Source of the DNA: Myxococcota bacterium
Lineage (GTDB): Bacteria; Myxococcota_A; UBA9160; UBA4427
Assembly: GCA_050618075.1 (NCBI GenBank)
Contig: JBNLVL010000013.1
Coordinates: 2,963-66,962, forward strand
Direction of reading: 5' to 3'
DNA length: 64,000 nt
Shown: one piece after another, positions 32,712 to 41,644 of the stretch
Position numbering within the stretch: the stretch's first letter is position 1
How the letters are laid out: each line of letters starts with the position of its first letter
The notes under the pieces: model-generated
What the model saw: the letters and a program-made list of their open reading frames with translations, nothing else
What the model was told of the DNA's origin: nothing
Database searches by the model: none
Translations under genes and position numbers: made by a program

Positions 32712-33017
32712 TCAGCCGCCGAGTCGCCGGAAGACCTCGTCGGGCGCTTCGACCGCCGAGTCGCCGGCTTCCACGCCGGAGAGGCCCTGGGCCGCCTTCT
32801 GGCAGACGCCGTCCACGTTCTCGATGCCGCGCGACGCGAGCTCGCCGGGCAGGACCTTGTCCATCACGACCTTCATCTGGTCCGGCGTCACGCTGCGCGC
32901 CTCGAGGCCGGCCTGCTTGAGCGCCAGGCGCACGGTTCCCCGGGCCTCGAGTCGGTCGAGGGACGTCTCCTGCTGGAGCTGCTCGCAGACGAAGTCGAAT
33001 GCTGCGGAGTCGGCCAC
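32712..33017 (-). CDS. hypothetical helical protein (101 aa)
   Basis: GGAGG RBS, GTG start; FDFVCEQLQQETSLDRLEARGTVRLALKQAG... Confidence 0.75.
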   Translation of the reverse strand: MADSAAFDFVCEQLQQETSLDRLEARGTVRLALKQAGLEARSVTPDQMKVVMDKVLPGELASRGIENVDGVCQKAAQGLSGVEAGDSAVEAPDEVFRRLGG

Positions 33018-33184
33018 GTGGCGAAACCTCCAGCCCGCGGTTCCGCCCATTGCGGAATCGGAATCGCAGAGCCTTCCAGAGGTTTCCATCGGCGGAGGGC
33101 GGCCGGCGCATGAGCGCGAATTCAGGGTTTCACCCGATTCCGCGTGGAATCCCGCCCCCCCCCCTCGGGAATCGGATCGGCGGC

Positions 33185-34204
33185 TCAGGAGAGCACCAGC
33201 TCCGCCATGGTGCGCATGATCTGCGGGTCCGGGTTCGCGAGCAGCAGGGTGGTCACCGGCGTCTCCCGCCAGGCGTCCAGGCGGTCGCGGATGCGCTCGA
33301 TCGGACCGCACAGCGAGATCTCGTCGGCGAACTGGTCGGGCACCGCCGCGACGGCCTCGGCCCGCTTCCCCTCGAAGAAGAGCTCCTGGATCCTGGTCGC
33401 CTCGGCCTCGAAGCCCATGCGTCCCATGAGCTCCATGTGGAAGTTGCGCTTCTTGGCGCCCATGCCGCCGATGTAGAACCCCAGCATCATCTTGGTCGGC
33501 ATGAGCGCCTCGGCCAGGTCGTCGTGGATGTTCACCTGGACGAACTGGGCGATCTGGAAGTCGTCGCGCCGGCCCGCCAGGGACTCCGCATACACCTCGG
33601 GCCGGAACGGCGAGTAGTAGAGGGGCAGCCAGCCGTCGGCGATCTCCGTGGCCAGCGCCACGTTCTTGGGCCCCTCGGCGCCCATGAAGATGGGCAGGTC
33701 CGCGCGCAGCGGGTGGGTGATCGAGCGCAGGGGCTTGCCGAGCCCCCAGGCGCCCTCGCCCGTGTACGGCAGCGGATAGTGCGGACCGTCGTTGGAGACC
33801 GGCTCCTCCCGGGCCAGCACCTTGCGGATGATCGAGATGTACTCCCGCGTGCGGGCCAGCGGCTTCGAGAAGGGCTGCCCGTACCAGCCCTCCACCACCT
33901 GGGGACCGGACACACCGAGGCCGAGGATCATGCGGCCGCCCGAGAGGTGGTCGAGGGTGAGCGCCGCCATGGCCGTGGCCGTGGGCGTGCGCCCGGACAG
34001 CTGCACCACCGACGTTCCCAGCTTGATGCGTTCGGTGTGGGCCGCGATGTAGGCCAGCGGAGTGAAGGCGTCGGAGCCCCAGGCCTCGGCGGTCCAGACC
34101 GACGCGAACCCGAGCCGCTCCGCCTCCTGGGAGGCGCTGACGAGGTGGGGCGGCATCTGCGCGCCCCAGTAGCCGAGCTGAAGACCGAGATCGAGTGAGG
34201 CCAT
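33185..34204 (-). CDS. LLM-class (probably F420-dependent) oxidoreductase
   Basis: WTAEAWGSDAF, LDHLSGGRMILGLGVSGPQVVEGWYG, GAEGPKN. Confidence 0.92.
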   Translation of the reverse strand: MASLDLGLQLGYWGAQMPPHLVSASQEAERLGFASVWTAEAWGSDAFTPLAYIAAHTERIKLGTSVVQLSGRTPTATAMAALTLDHLSGGRMILGLGVSGPQVVEGWYGQPFSKPLARTREYISIIRKVLAREEPVSNDGPHYPLPYTGEGAWGLGKPLRSITHPLRADLPIFMGAEGPKNVALATEIADGWLPLYYSPFRPEVYAESLAGRRDDFQIAQFVQVNIHDDLAEALMPTKMMLGFYIGGMGAKKRNFHMELMGRMGFEAEATRIQELFFEGKRAEAVAAVPDQFADEISLCGPIERIRDRLDAWRETPVTTLLLANPDPQIMRTMAELVLS

Positions 34205-34462
34205 GGTGGAGGGCTCCGGATGCAATCGGGGTGGAGCGGTGAGCGTATCCGAAGCCGTCGCGAAGGGCCTGAACGCGCCTCAGCGGCTGCCGCTCGGCTT
34301 CGTCTATGCTCGCCGTCCCGCCGCGCGGACCCCACGGCGGAGTCCCGCGGACCGGGGAGCCGCCGGGCGGGAGAAGCGGGCCCGATGACCAGATGGGCCA
34401 GATGGGCCGGGCGGGGCCAGGCGGGCCGGGCGGGCCGGGGCGTCAAAAGGGGAGCAGAGTTC

Positions 34463-35269
34463 ATGGGCGAAGCCAGCGGACGACTCGACGGCAAGGTGGC
34501 CATCGTCACCGGAGCGGCCCGGGGAACCGGCGAGCAGACCGCGCGGATCTTCGCCGAGCAAGGGGCGCGGGTGGCGGTCGCCGACGTCCAGGAAGAGCGC
34601 GGTCGGGCCGTGGCCGAGGACCTCGGCGAATCGGGGCTGTTCGTGCCCCTCGACGTCACGTCCGAGAGCTCCTGGGCGGCGGCGATGGACGGCGTGACCG
34701 GCCGCTGGTCGCGGCTCGACGTCCTGGTGAACAACGCCGGCGTACTCCAGATGGCCTCGCTGGAGGACACCGCCGTGGCCGACTTCGAACGCATGGTGCG
34801 GGTCAACCAGCTCGGCCCCTTCCTGGGCATGAGGGCGGCGGTCGAGCCCATGCGCGACTCCGGCGGCGGGTCGATCGTCAACATCTCCTCGGTCGACGGA
34901 CTCACCGCGAAGAACGGCGTCATGGCCTACGCCGCGACGAAGTGGGCCGTGCGCGGCATGACCCGGGTGGCGGCCATCGAGCTGGGCAGGTTCGGCATCC
35001 GCGTCAACGCGGTGTGCCCCGAGGCCGGCGGACCCGAGATGCGGGCCCCCTACGTTCCGGAGGGCATCGACCCGGCCACGACCCTGGCCTTCATGCACAA
35101 GCTGCTGCCCTACCAGAAGGAGAGGGAGCCCCTGGAGCTGGTGCGCGACATCGCGAGGATGGTCCTCTTCCTCGCCTCGGACGAGAGCCTCTCGTGCACC
35201 GGCGCCGACTACCCGGTGGACGCCGGCTGGACGGCCGGCAAGGTCGACCGCTTCAGCCCGGGCGCGTGA
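34463..35269 (+). CDS. SDR oxidoreductase (3-alpha/20-beta-HSDH-like)
   Basis: TGAARGTG, NNAG, YAATKWAVRG. Confidence 0.9.
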   Translation: MGEASGRLDGKVAIVTGAARGTGEQTARIFAEQGARVAVADVQEERGRAVAEDLGESGLFVPLDVTSESSWAAAMDGVTGRWSRLDVLVNNAGVLQMASLEDTAVADFERMVRVNQLGPFLGMRAAVEPMRDSGGGSIVNISSVDGLTAKNGVMAYAATKWAVRGMTRVAAIELGRFGIRVNAVCPEAGGPEMRAPYVPEGIDPATTLAFMHKLLPYQKEREPLELVRDIARMVLFLASDESLSCTGADYPVDAGWTAGKVDRFSPGA

Positions 35270-35293
35270 GCGGCGCCGGGCCGCCCCGCCCGC

Positions 35294-36454
35294 TCAGCTG
35301 ACGCGCCGCCCGTGCTCCCAGCGGCTCTCGCTGCGCAGGCTGCCGTCCTCGGCGAAGACGCGCAGCCAGCCGTGCTTCCGGTCGTCGGCGAACTCCGCCT
35401 CGACCTGCACCCGCCCCTGGGCGTCGAACTTCAGCCAGGTGCCGTGACGCCGGCCCATGCGGTACTCGCCATGGGCCTTCGGCGAGCCGTCGTCGTACCA
35501 GGCCACGAAGGGACCGTGGCGGAGCGCCTCCTGGGCGTGGACGCAGTAGATCTCGCGGCCGGCGGGCGGCCGGTCTCCGGTGCGGAACGTGTCGACGGGG
35601 CAGGCGTCGTCGCTCCGAGCCAGTCCCTCGGGCCCCTGGGCCACGGGCTCGGCCCAGCCTCCCGCCTCGCCCGATCCGCCCGGCTCGACCTCGAGCCCGA
35701 CGAGCTGGGCGTCGTCCGCCTGGGCCGGGAGCTCGTCTCCGGCGAATACACCCACCCGATTGAGCATGCCCACGAAGAGCACCGCCGCCAGGGCCGCCAT
35801 CGCCAGGCGCCCGGGCGTGCCGCCGAGGGACACCGCGGCTGCGTCGACCCGCGCCGGGCCGATGGCGCCGCCGTCGGCGGGAAGCCGCAGCGGCGAGCCC
35901 GCGCCGGTGTAGGGGGAGAGCGCCGCGTCGGGCGCGGGCGCCTCCTCGACCTCGTCGGTCGAGGGCGCAAACGGCGACGGGCTCGCGTCGAGGCTCCCGG
36001 CCTCCCGCGCCGGCCCGTTCACCGGGTCCCAGTACAGGCGCGCCTTGCGACGCAGTGTGGCGTAGGCGCGCGCCCCCACGAAGAGCTTCGTTCCCCCGAC
36101 CTCGGCGAACTCGAAGCCGAAGAACCGGAAGAAGAGGAACTCGTGCTCGCTCACGCTCACGTCGGACCACGGCACGCGCAGCGACCCGTGGAGCACCGGG
36201 AAGGTGAAGTTGGTCCGGAGGTGCAGACCCTGGGCCGAGGCTCCGACGCGTACGGCGAGCGGGTACTGGAAGAAGAAGATGGGCGGTCGGAAGGCCAGGC
36301 AGAACGGAGCGAGGACGTCGCCCTCGAGCGGCCGCTCCCTGCAGGCATAGACCTTCGCCCAGGACAGCCAACCGGACATCGAGGCCGCGATCAGACACCA
36401 GCCGCCCCAGAAGGCCAGCAGCGCCCCCAGTCCGTACAGGAACCCTTCGAGCAT
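35294..36454 (-). CDS. membrane protein with C-terminal MORN-variant repeats
   Basis: N-terminal TM, internal TM, then HGPFVAWYDDG..GEYRMGRRHGTW..HGWLRVFAEDG repeats. Confidence 0.7.
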   Translation of the reverse strand: MLEGFLYGLGALLAFWGGWCLIAASMSGWLSWAKVYACRERPLEGDVLAPFCLAFRPPIFFFQYPLAVRVGASAQGLHLRTNFTFPVLHGSLRVPWSDVSVSEHEFLFFRFFGFEFAEVGGTKLFVGARAYATLRRKARLYWDPVNGPAREAGSLDASPSPFAPSTDEVEEAPAPDAALSPYTGAGSPLRLPADGGAIGPARVDAAAVSLGGTPGRLAMAALAAVLFVGMLNRVGVFAGDELPAQADDAQLVGLEVEPGGSGEAGGWAEPVAQGPEGLARSDDACPVDTFRTGDRPPAGREIYCVHAQEALRHGPFVAWYDDGSPKAHGEYRMGRRHGTWLKFDAQGRVQVEAEFADDRKHGWLRVFAEDGSLRSESRWEHGRRVS

Positions 36455-36646
36455 CGGGACATCCTCCCCGGGGCGGGCCCGGTGGCCCACGACACCGTCC
36501 GGGGACATCGGCCGACCCCGCAGCGGGGTTGAGGTGACGCCCGGGGAGCTCGGGGGAGTGCACGAGAGCTGCCGATGGATTGCGTGCGGGGGCCGGCGAC
36601 GACCGATGGCAGGAGACAGGGACGCGGAAGCGGGCCGCGCGGACCC

Positions 36647-38119
36647 TCAGCGCACGACCAGGCCGCCCCGGCCCTCGAGGGAGACCTTCCGGCCGCAGAA
36701 CTCCTCGGCCAGCATGCTGGCCATGAGGTCGGCCTCGCCGCTGTTCGCCCAGGTGCGTCGCCCGTCTTCGAGCAGACAGGCGGCGTGGGCCCGGGTGGGT
36801 CCATCGGCGTCGAACATCACGGTGTAGGACTCGAGCGTGGCGGGCCCCTCGAAGTCGACGACCGCCTCGCGCGTGGGCTCCGCGTCCACCTCTTCCTGGG
36901 GGCGTGCGTGGACGAAGGGCCGTCCCGCGGGCTCGCTGGAGTAGAGACCGAAGGCGTGCTTCGCCAGGTAGCCGCCGTTGCCGGTGACCAGGCCGCGGGC
37001 TCCGGGATCGGCGCGCAGCAGCTCGGCCATGCGCGCGATCGCGTGCATGACGTAGTTGTTGAGCGGTCCGCCGCCGAAGGTGAGCCCTCCGGTGACGCTG
37101 AGCGGCCGGTCGTCGGGCAGGCCGATCTCCCGGGCCGCGATCTGCACCGCCGACGGGAAGCAGCTGTAGACGTCGAAGTGGGCGACCTCGCCGACGTCGC
37201 ACCCGGCCAGCTCGAGACAGCGCCTCCCGGCGATGCGCATGGCGGGCGAGGCGTACAGGTCCCGGCGGTTCGACGCGAAGAGCGGGTCGTCGGCGTCGGT
37301 CCCGGCGTGGAGGTGGACGAAGCGGTCCTCGGGCACTCCGGCCCGGCGCGCGGCCTCGACCGAGCACAGGATGAGCGCCGCTCCCTGGTCGACGGCGTTG
37401 TTCGCGTTCATGAGCTTCGGATAGGGGAACCCGATCATGCGGTTGTGCTCACCCGGGGTGCGAATGACCTCGGCCGAGGGCGCGTCGCGGATCCAGGCGT
37501 GGGGGTTGTCGCGGGCGACGGCGGCGAACCCGGCCCAGAGCTCCGAGATCCGGATCGCGTGGTCCGCCGGGCTCTCACCGAGGTGGTGCCGGAGCGCCAG
37601 CTCGAAGATCGGATAGAACTGCACCGGCGACACGATGCGCCGGGCGATCTCGGCCTCGTGGACCATGGGCTTCTCGGGCCCCAGCGACCAGTCGGCCTCG
37701 CCCGGGGCGGCGGTGTACGAGAGCTTGATCTTCGAGCGCGCGGCCCGGGCCTGGCGGTACCCGTGCTCGGCGCCCGCGAGCACCACCACGTCGCGCTCGC
37801 CCGCCTGGATCTGCAGGGCGGTCGCGTTGACCAGGGACTGGACGGTGTTGCCGCCCCAGGGCGTGATGCCGCTCTGGGCCCGGGGCGCGCCGATGCGCTC
37901 GGCCACCACCCGGGCGGGGTCGCCGTAGCGCCAGCGCCCGCGACTCACCCGCACCGCGTCCGCGCGCTCCAGCAGCGACGGGCTGCGGGCGTCCTCGGCC
38001 GCGAGCCGCACCGCGTCGACCATCATGTCCAGGGGCTCTGCCCCCTCCAGCGGGTCTTCGAAGCGCTGGGAGACCTGGGCGACGCCGACGAGGACGGGGG
38101 TCCGGGGATCGAGGGGCAT
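36647..38119 (-). CDS. thiolase-like acetyl-CoA acetyltransferase with additional C-terminal domain
   Basis: PRTPVLVGVAQ, VDQGAA, DVYSCFPSAV, TGGLTFGGGPLNNY, TGNGG. Confidence 0.88.
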   Translation of the reverse strand: MPLDPRTPVLVGVAQVSQRFEDPLEGAEPLDMMVDAVRLAAEDARSPSLLERADAVRVSRGRWRYGDPARVVAERIGAPRAQSGITPWGGNTVQSLVNATALQIQAGERDVVVLAGAEHGYRQARAARSKIKLSYTAAPGEADWSLGPEKPMVHEAEIARRIVSPVQFYPIFELALRHHLGESPADHAIRISELWAGFAAVARDNPHAWIRDAPSAEVIRTPGEHNRMIGFPYPKLMNANNAVDQGAALILCSVEAARRAGVPEDRFVHLHAGTDADDPLFASNRRDLYASPAMRIAGRRCLELAGCDVGEVAHFDVYSCFPSAVQIAAREIGLPDDRPLSVTGGLTFGGGPLNNYVMHAIARMAELLRADPGARGLVTGNGGYLAKHAFGLYSSEPAGRPFVHARPQEEVDAEPTREAVVDFEGPATLESYTVMFDADGPTRAHAACLLEDGRRTWANSGEADLMASMLAEEFCGRKVSLEGRGGLVVR

Positions 38120-38239
38120 GCCGGGGGCTCCTGGGCTGCGCGGCTCGCGAGTGGCGGTCGAATCGAGTATCAGAAGCTCAGCGCAACCTATGCGAGCCCC
38201 ACGAGGCCGTCAACGCGCCTCCCGCGCCCGGAGGTCTCC

Positions 38240-38434
38240 GTGAGTCTGCCCGCTCCGATCCGCGATGTCTTCGACGAAGGCCACCCGATCCTGCCGGTCC
38301 GCACAAGCGAGGTGGCAGTGGCCGAGCCGCGGCCCGCGGCCTCGGACAACCCGGTCTTCGCCCGCCGGGTGCCGGCCCTGCGCTGGATCGCCGGCGGAGC
38401 GGCTCCCGACGACGGCGAGAGCGCGCGCCCATGA
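38240..38434 (+). CDS. putative 64-aa small protein coupled to Ap4A phosphorylase
   Basis: GGAGG-N5-GTG; stop overlaps the next start (ATGA at 38431-38434). Confidence 0.45.
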   Translation: MSLPAPIRDVFDEGHPILPVRTSEVAVAEPRPAASDNPVFARRVPALRWIAGGAAPDDGESARP

Positions 38435-39330
38435 GCGAACGCCCCGTGGAGTCGCCCGTCGACGCCCCCGACCTGGCAGAGCGCGCGCGGCGCTGCAGCG
38501 CCTCCGCCCGGGCCACGGGCGCCCTGGTCTCCCTGCCCAGCGAAGTCCACGGGGTCGAGGAAGCGGGCGTGCGGTTCGCGGTTCGCGTGCTGGGCCGGCT
38601 CGACGCCCGGCAGCGGTCCGTCGCCCGGCCGCCGGACCCGGGCTCCGACCCGTTCCTGCCCTACGAGCAAGCGCTCTTCGTGGCGGACCTGTCCGCCACC
38701 CACGTGGCGCTCCTCAACAAGTTCAACGTGATCCCCCTGCATCTCCTGCTCGTGACCCGGGCCTACCGCTCCCAGGACGAGCCGCTCGACGCCGACGACT
38801 TCACCGCTCTCTGGCGATGCCTGGGCCAGATCGACGGCCTGGGCTTCTACAACGGCGGCACGCTCGCCGGAGCCAGCCAGCCCCACAAGCACCTGCAGAT
38901 CGTGCCGCCGCCCCTGGGCCCCGGGTCCGGCGCGGCCCCCATCCCGATCGAGCCCCTGATCGCGGCCTCGATCCCGGACGACGGCGTCGGGCGCTGCGAG
39001 GCCCTGCCCTTCCCCCACGCCCTGGCCTCCACGGTCGACCTCGCGTCGCTGGCTCCGGAGCGCGCGGCGCGGGCCAGCGTCGAGCGGGTCCGCGCGCTGC
39101 AGCAGGCGGCGGCTCCGGGAGCGGGGCCGCAGCCGTACAACCTCCTGGTGACGCGGCGATTCGCGCTCTGGGTCCCGCGCCGGCGCGAGTCGTGGCACGG
39201 AGTGCCGATCAACGGTCTGGGCTTCGCGGGTGCGCTGCTGGTGCGCAACCGCGCGGAGCTCGAGCGCCTCCGCGACTGCGGCCCGCTGGCGGTGCTCGCC
39301 CACGTGGCGGGAAGCGAGCCGCCCGCCTGA
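38431..39330 (+). CDS. ATP adenylyltransferase / Ap4A phosphorylase (Apa2-like)
   Basis: DPFLPYE, LLNKFNV, FYNGG..AGASQPHKHLQ, YNLL, INGLGFAG. Confidence 0.9.
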   Translation: MSERPVESPVDAPDLAERARRCSASARATGALVSLPSEVHGVEEAGVRFAVRVLGRLDARQRSVARPPDPGSDPFLPYEQALFVADLSATHVALLNKFNVIPLHLLLVTRAYRSQDEPLDADDFTALWRCLGQIDGLGFYNGGTLAGASQPHKHLQIVPPPLGPGSGAAPIPIEPLIAASIPDDGVGRCEALPFPHALASTVDLASLAPERAARASVERVRALQQAAAPGAGPQPYNLLVTRRFALWVPRRRESWHGVPINGLGFAGALLVRNRAELERLRDCGPLAVLAHVAGSEPPA

Positions 39331-39476
39331 TCGGGCTCCCCGCTCGATGCGATGCGCCCGAATCGGGCTCCTCGCTCGATGCGCCCGGATCGGGCTCCCC
39401 GTTCGATTTGCCCGAATCGGGCTCCCCGATCGCGATGCGATGCGCCCGGATCGGGCTCCCCCCTCGATGCGCCCGG
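39330..39476. repeat. 5-unit 27-34-bp tandem repeat with palindromic junctions
   Basis: Units start ATCGGGCTCC at 39330, 39362, 39389, 39416, 39450; junctions read GCCCG(G/A)ATCGGGC. Confidence 0.9.
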
Positions 39477-39492
39477 GTGATAGGCTCGGCCC

Positions 39493-40548
39493 ATGTCCTC
39501 GCCTTCGCTGCCGACCCTTCCGAAGCAGGCCTCCGACGTGCCCTGGCCCGGCGACGACTGGCCCACGGCCGAGCCGGGAGCCGATGTCGACCGCACGCGA
39601 CTCGACGCCACCCTCGACCGCGGCTTCGGCCCCGACGCCGACCCGGGCCTGGGCGAGACGCTGGCCAGCGTCGTCGTCCACCGCGGCCAGCTGGTGCGCG
39701 AGCGCTACGTGGAGGGCAAGGGCCCCGAGGACACCTTCATCTCCTGGTCCATGGCCAAGAGCATCACCCACGCCCTGGTGGGGATCCTCGTCTCCCAGGG
39801 AAGGCTCGACCCCGCCGCCCCGGCGCCGGTCCCCGACTGGCAGGGCGAAGGCGACCCGCGGAGCGCGATCACCCTCGAGAACCTGCTCCGCATGTGCGAC
39901 GGCCTCGACTTCACCGAGGTCTACGAAGAGGACGCCGGCGCCTCGGACGTGATCGAGATGCTGTTCCGCAGCGGAAAGTCCGACGTGGCGGGCTTCGCCC
40001 GTTCCCGCGGCGCCGCCCACGCCCCGGGCGCCTGGTGGAACTACTCGAGCGGCACCAGCAACATCGTCTCATGGATCGTGGGCCGCGCCGTCGGCGGCGG
40101 GCGGGAGGGCATGGAGGCGTTCATGAGGACGTCGCTCTTCGATCCCATCGGCATGCGCTCGGCGACCATGCGCTTCGACGACGCCGGGACCTTCATCGGC
40201 TCCTCGTTCGTGTTCGCCACGGCCCGGGACTTCGCGCGCTTCGGGCACCTGTACCTTCGGGACGGCGTCTGGGGGGCGGCGGAGACCCGGATCCTTCCGG
40301 ACGGCTGGGTCGACCACGCGCGCCGCCCCACTCCGGCCTCGAGCGGCTGGTACGGCGCCCATTGGTGGCTGGCCCTGGACGACTCGGGGACGTTCTCGGC
40401 CAACGGCTACCAGGGGCAGTACATCGTGGTCGTCCCGTCCCGCGACCTGATCCTCGTCCGCCTGGGAATCTCGACCCCGGAGCAGCGGGTCGAGGTGCTC
40501 CGCTGGCTGCGCGACCTCGCCCGGAGCTTCCCCCTCGCCCACGTCTAG
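39493..40548 (+). CDS. serine hydrolase (beta-lactamase class C-like)
   Basis: SMAK (SxxK), YSS, ANGYQGQ. Confidence 0.9.
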   Translation: MSSPSLPTLPKQASDVPWPGDDWPTAEPGADVDRTRLDATLDRGFGPDADPGLGETLASVVVHRGQLVRERYVEGKGPEDTFISWSMAKSITHALVGILVSQGRLDPAAPAPVPDWQGEGDPRSAITLENLLRMCDGLDFTEVYEEDAGASDVIEMLFRSGKSDVAGFARSRGAAHAPGAWWNYSSGTSNIVSWIVGRAVGGGREGMEAFMRTSLFDPIGMRSATMRFDDAGTFIGSSFVFATARDFARFGHLYLRDGVWGAAETRILPDGWVDHARRPTPASSGWYGAHWWLALDDSGTFSANGYQGQYIVVVPSRDLILVRLGISTPEQRVEVLRWLRDLARSFPLAHV

Positions 40549-40620
40549 CCGGAAGGCTCCCACGAAGATCTCGAGGGCTCGCCCTCCTCCGCGCCGCCCG
40601 GTCTGCGTTCGCGGCGGAGT

Positions 40621-41334
40621 TCATCGGGTGGAGCGAGGCGGAGCGGCCGAGGAGAGGCGTTCGAGGAAGTAGCCGAGCTTGCTCGAAGTGGGCTGCGGCT
40701 CGACCCCGACCTCCCGGAACGACCGCTCGAGGGCGTGCTGAAGCGCCTCCTGGGGCATTGCGTCGTCCAGCTCGAGCTCCACCTCGCAGCGCACGTCGCC
40801 CGGCGCGAACTCGGTGCGATCGAACTCGAGCACCACCGGCACGGAGGCGCCGTCGGCGTCGAGGGCCGTGTGGACGCGGGTCCGTGTGTTGCGAAAGGAC
40901 CCGATCGGATGCAGGGGTGCCTCGCGGCCGGCCGACCGGACGGATTCGAGAAGCGCCTCCTGTCGGGTCCGGATCGCCAGGGGCTCGAGCAGATCGAGCA
41001 GGGCCGTGATGGGCAGCGCACCCTCGAGCGCCGCGTGGGCACGGGCCGCGTCGAGCGCGATCTCCAGCTCCGCGCGGACCGTGAGCGGGCCGGCGCCTTC
41101 ACTGCGAGATGGCCCTTTCAGGGTCAGCGTGAACTCGCCCTGCTCGTGGCGGATGCGCAGGCCGAGCCGCCGGTCGCGCAGCACGAAGCCCGGCGAGTCG
41201 AAGAAGTGGTTCTCCTGAACCGCCGGAAGGTCGACCCGGCCTCCCACCCGCTCGATGAGGGCGTGCAGGGCGCGCTCGTCGGGGATGCCGAGCTTGAGCT
41301 CGCGTTCTTCGCCGCGCGGTCCAGCCGCTGACAC
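40621..41334 (-). CDS. CYTH-domain (triphosphate tunnel metalloenzyme) protein
   Basis: ERELK (ExExK), QENHFFDS, LRIR, TLTLK, EVELE; AGGAGG RBS. Confidence 0.88.
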   Translation of the reverse strand: MSAAGPRGEERELKLGIPDERALHALIERVGGRVDLPAVQENHFFDSPGFVLRDRRLGLRIRHEQGEFTLTLKGPSRSEGAGPLTVRAELEIALDAARAHAALEGALPITALLDLLEPLAIRTRQEALLESVRSAGREAPLHPIGSFRNTRTRVHTALDADGASVPVVLEFDRTEFAPGDVRCEVELELDDAMPQEALQHALERSFREVGVEPQPTSSKLGYFLERLSSAAPPRSTR

Positions 41335-41540
41335 GTCTGCGGTTCCTCCTGCGGTCCGAGCGTAACGCGTCGAACCGTGGCCCAGGGGACCGCGACCGCG
41401 CTACCCTCGGGTGCGTCCAGTCGGGCTCCTCGCGCCCCCCAGCCCGGCACACGGAGCACCGCGCGGTCCCGTCCGCGAGCGAGTCGCGCGCAACGGACCC
41501 CGAGCGACGAACGAGGCCGAGACCGGGTGAAGCGGCCCGC

Positions 41541-41602
41541 AACTCGGAACCCGGGAAAGCTCGGAACCCGGGGAAGCTCGGGACTCGGGAAAGCTCGGGA
41601 CC
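41541..41602. repeat. 17-bp tandem repeat, about 3.7 units (AAGCTCGGAACCCGGGA)
   Basis: Read directly, in the divergent CYTH/SixA-Ppx intergenic region. Confidence 0.8.
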
Positions 41603-41644
41603 GCTTGCGGAGCTGGAGTGCTGGCGACCACCCGGGTCGCAGAC

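Noticed and set aside
35294..35600. YwqK-type antitoxin call from MORN-variant repeats
   Set aside because: No adjacent toxin, and the repeats are part of a membrane protein.
39330..39476. Possible mini-CRISPR array
   Set aside because: The segments between conserved heads are short and similar to each other rather than unique spacers, and there are no cas genes in the window.
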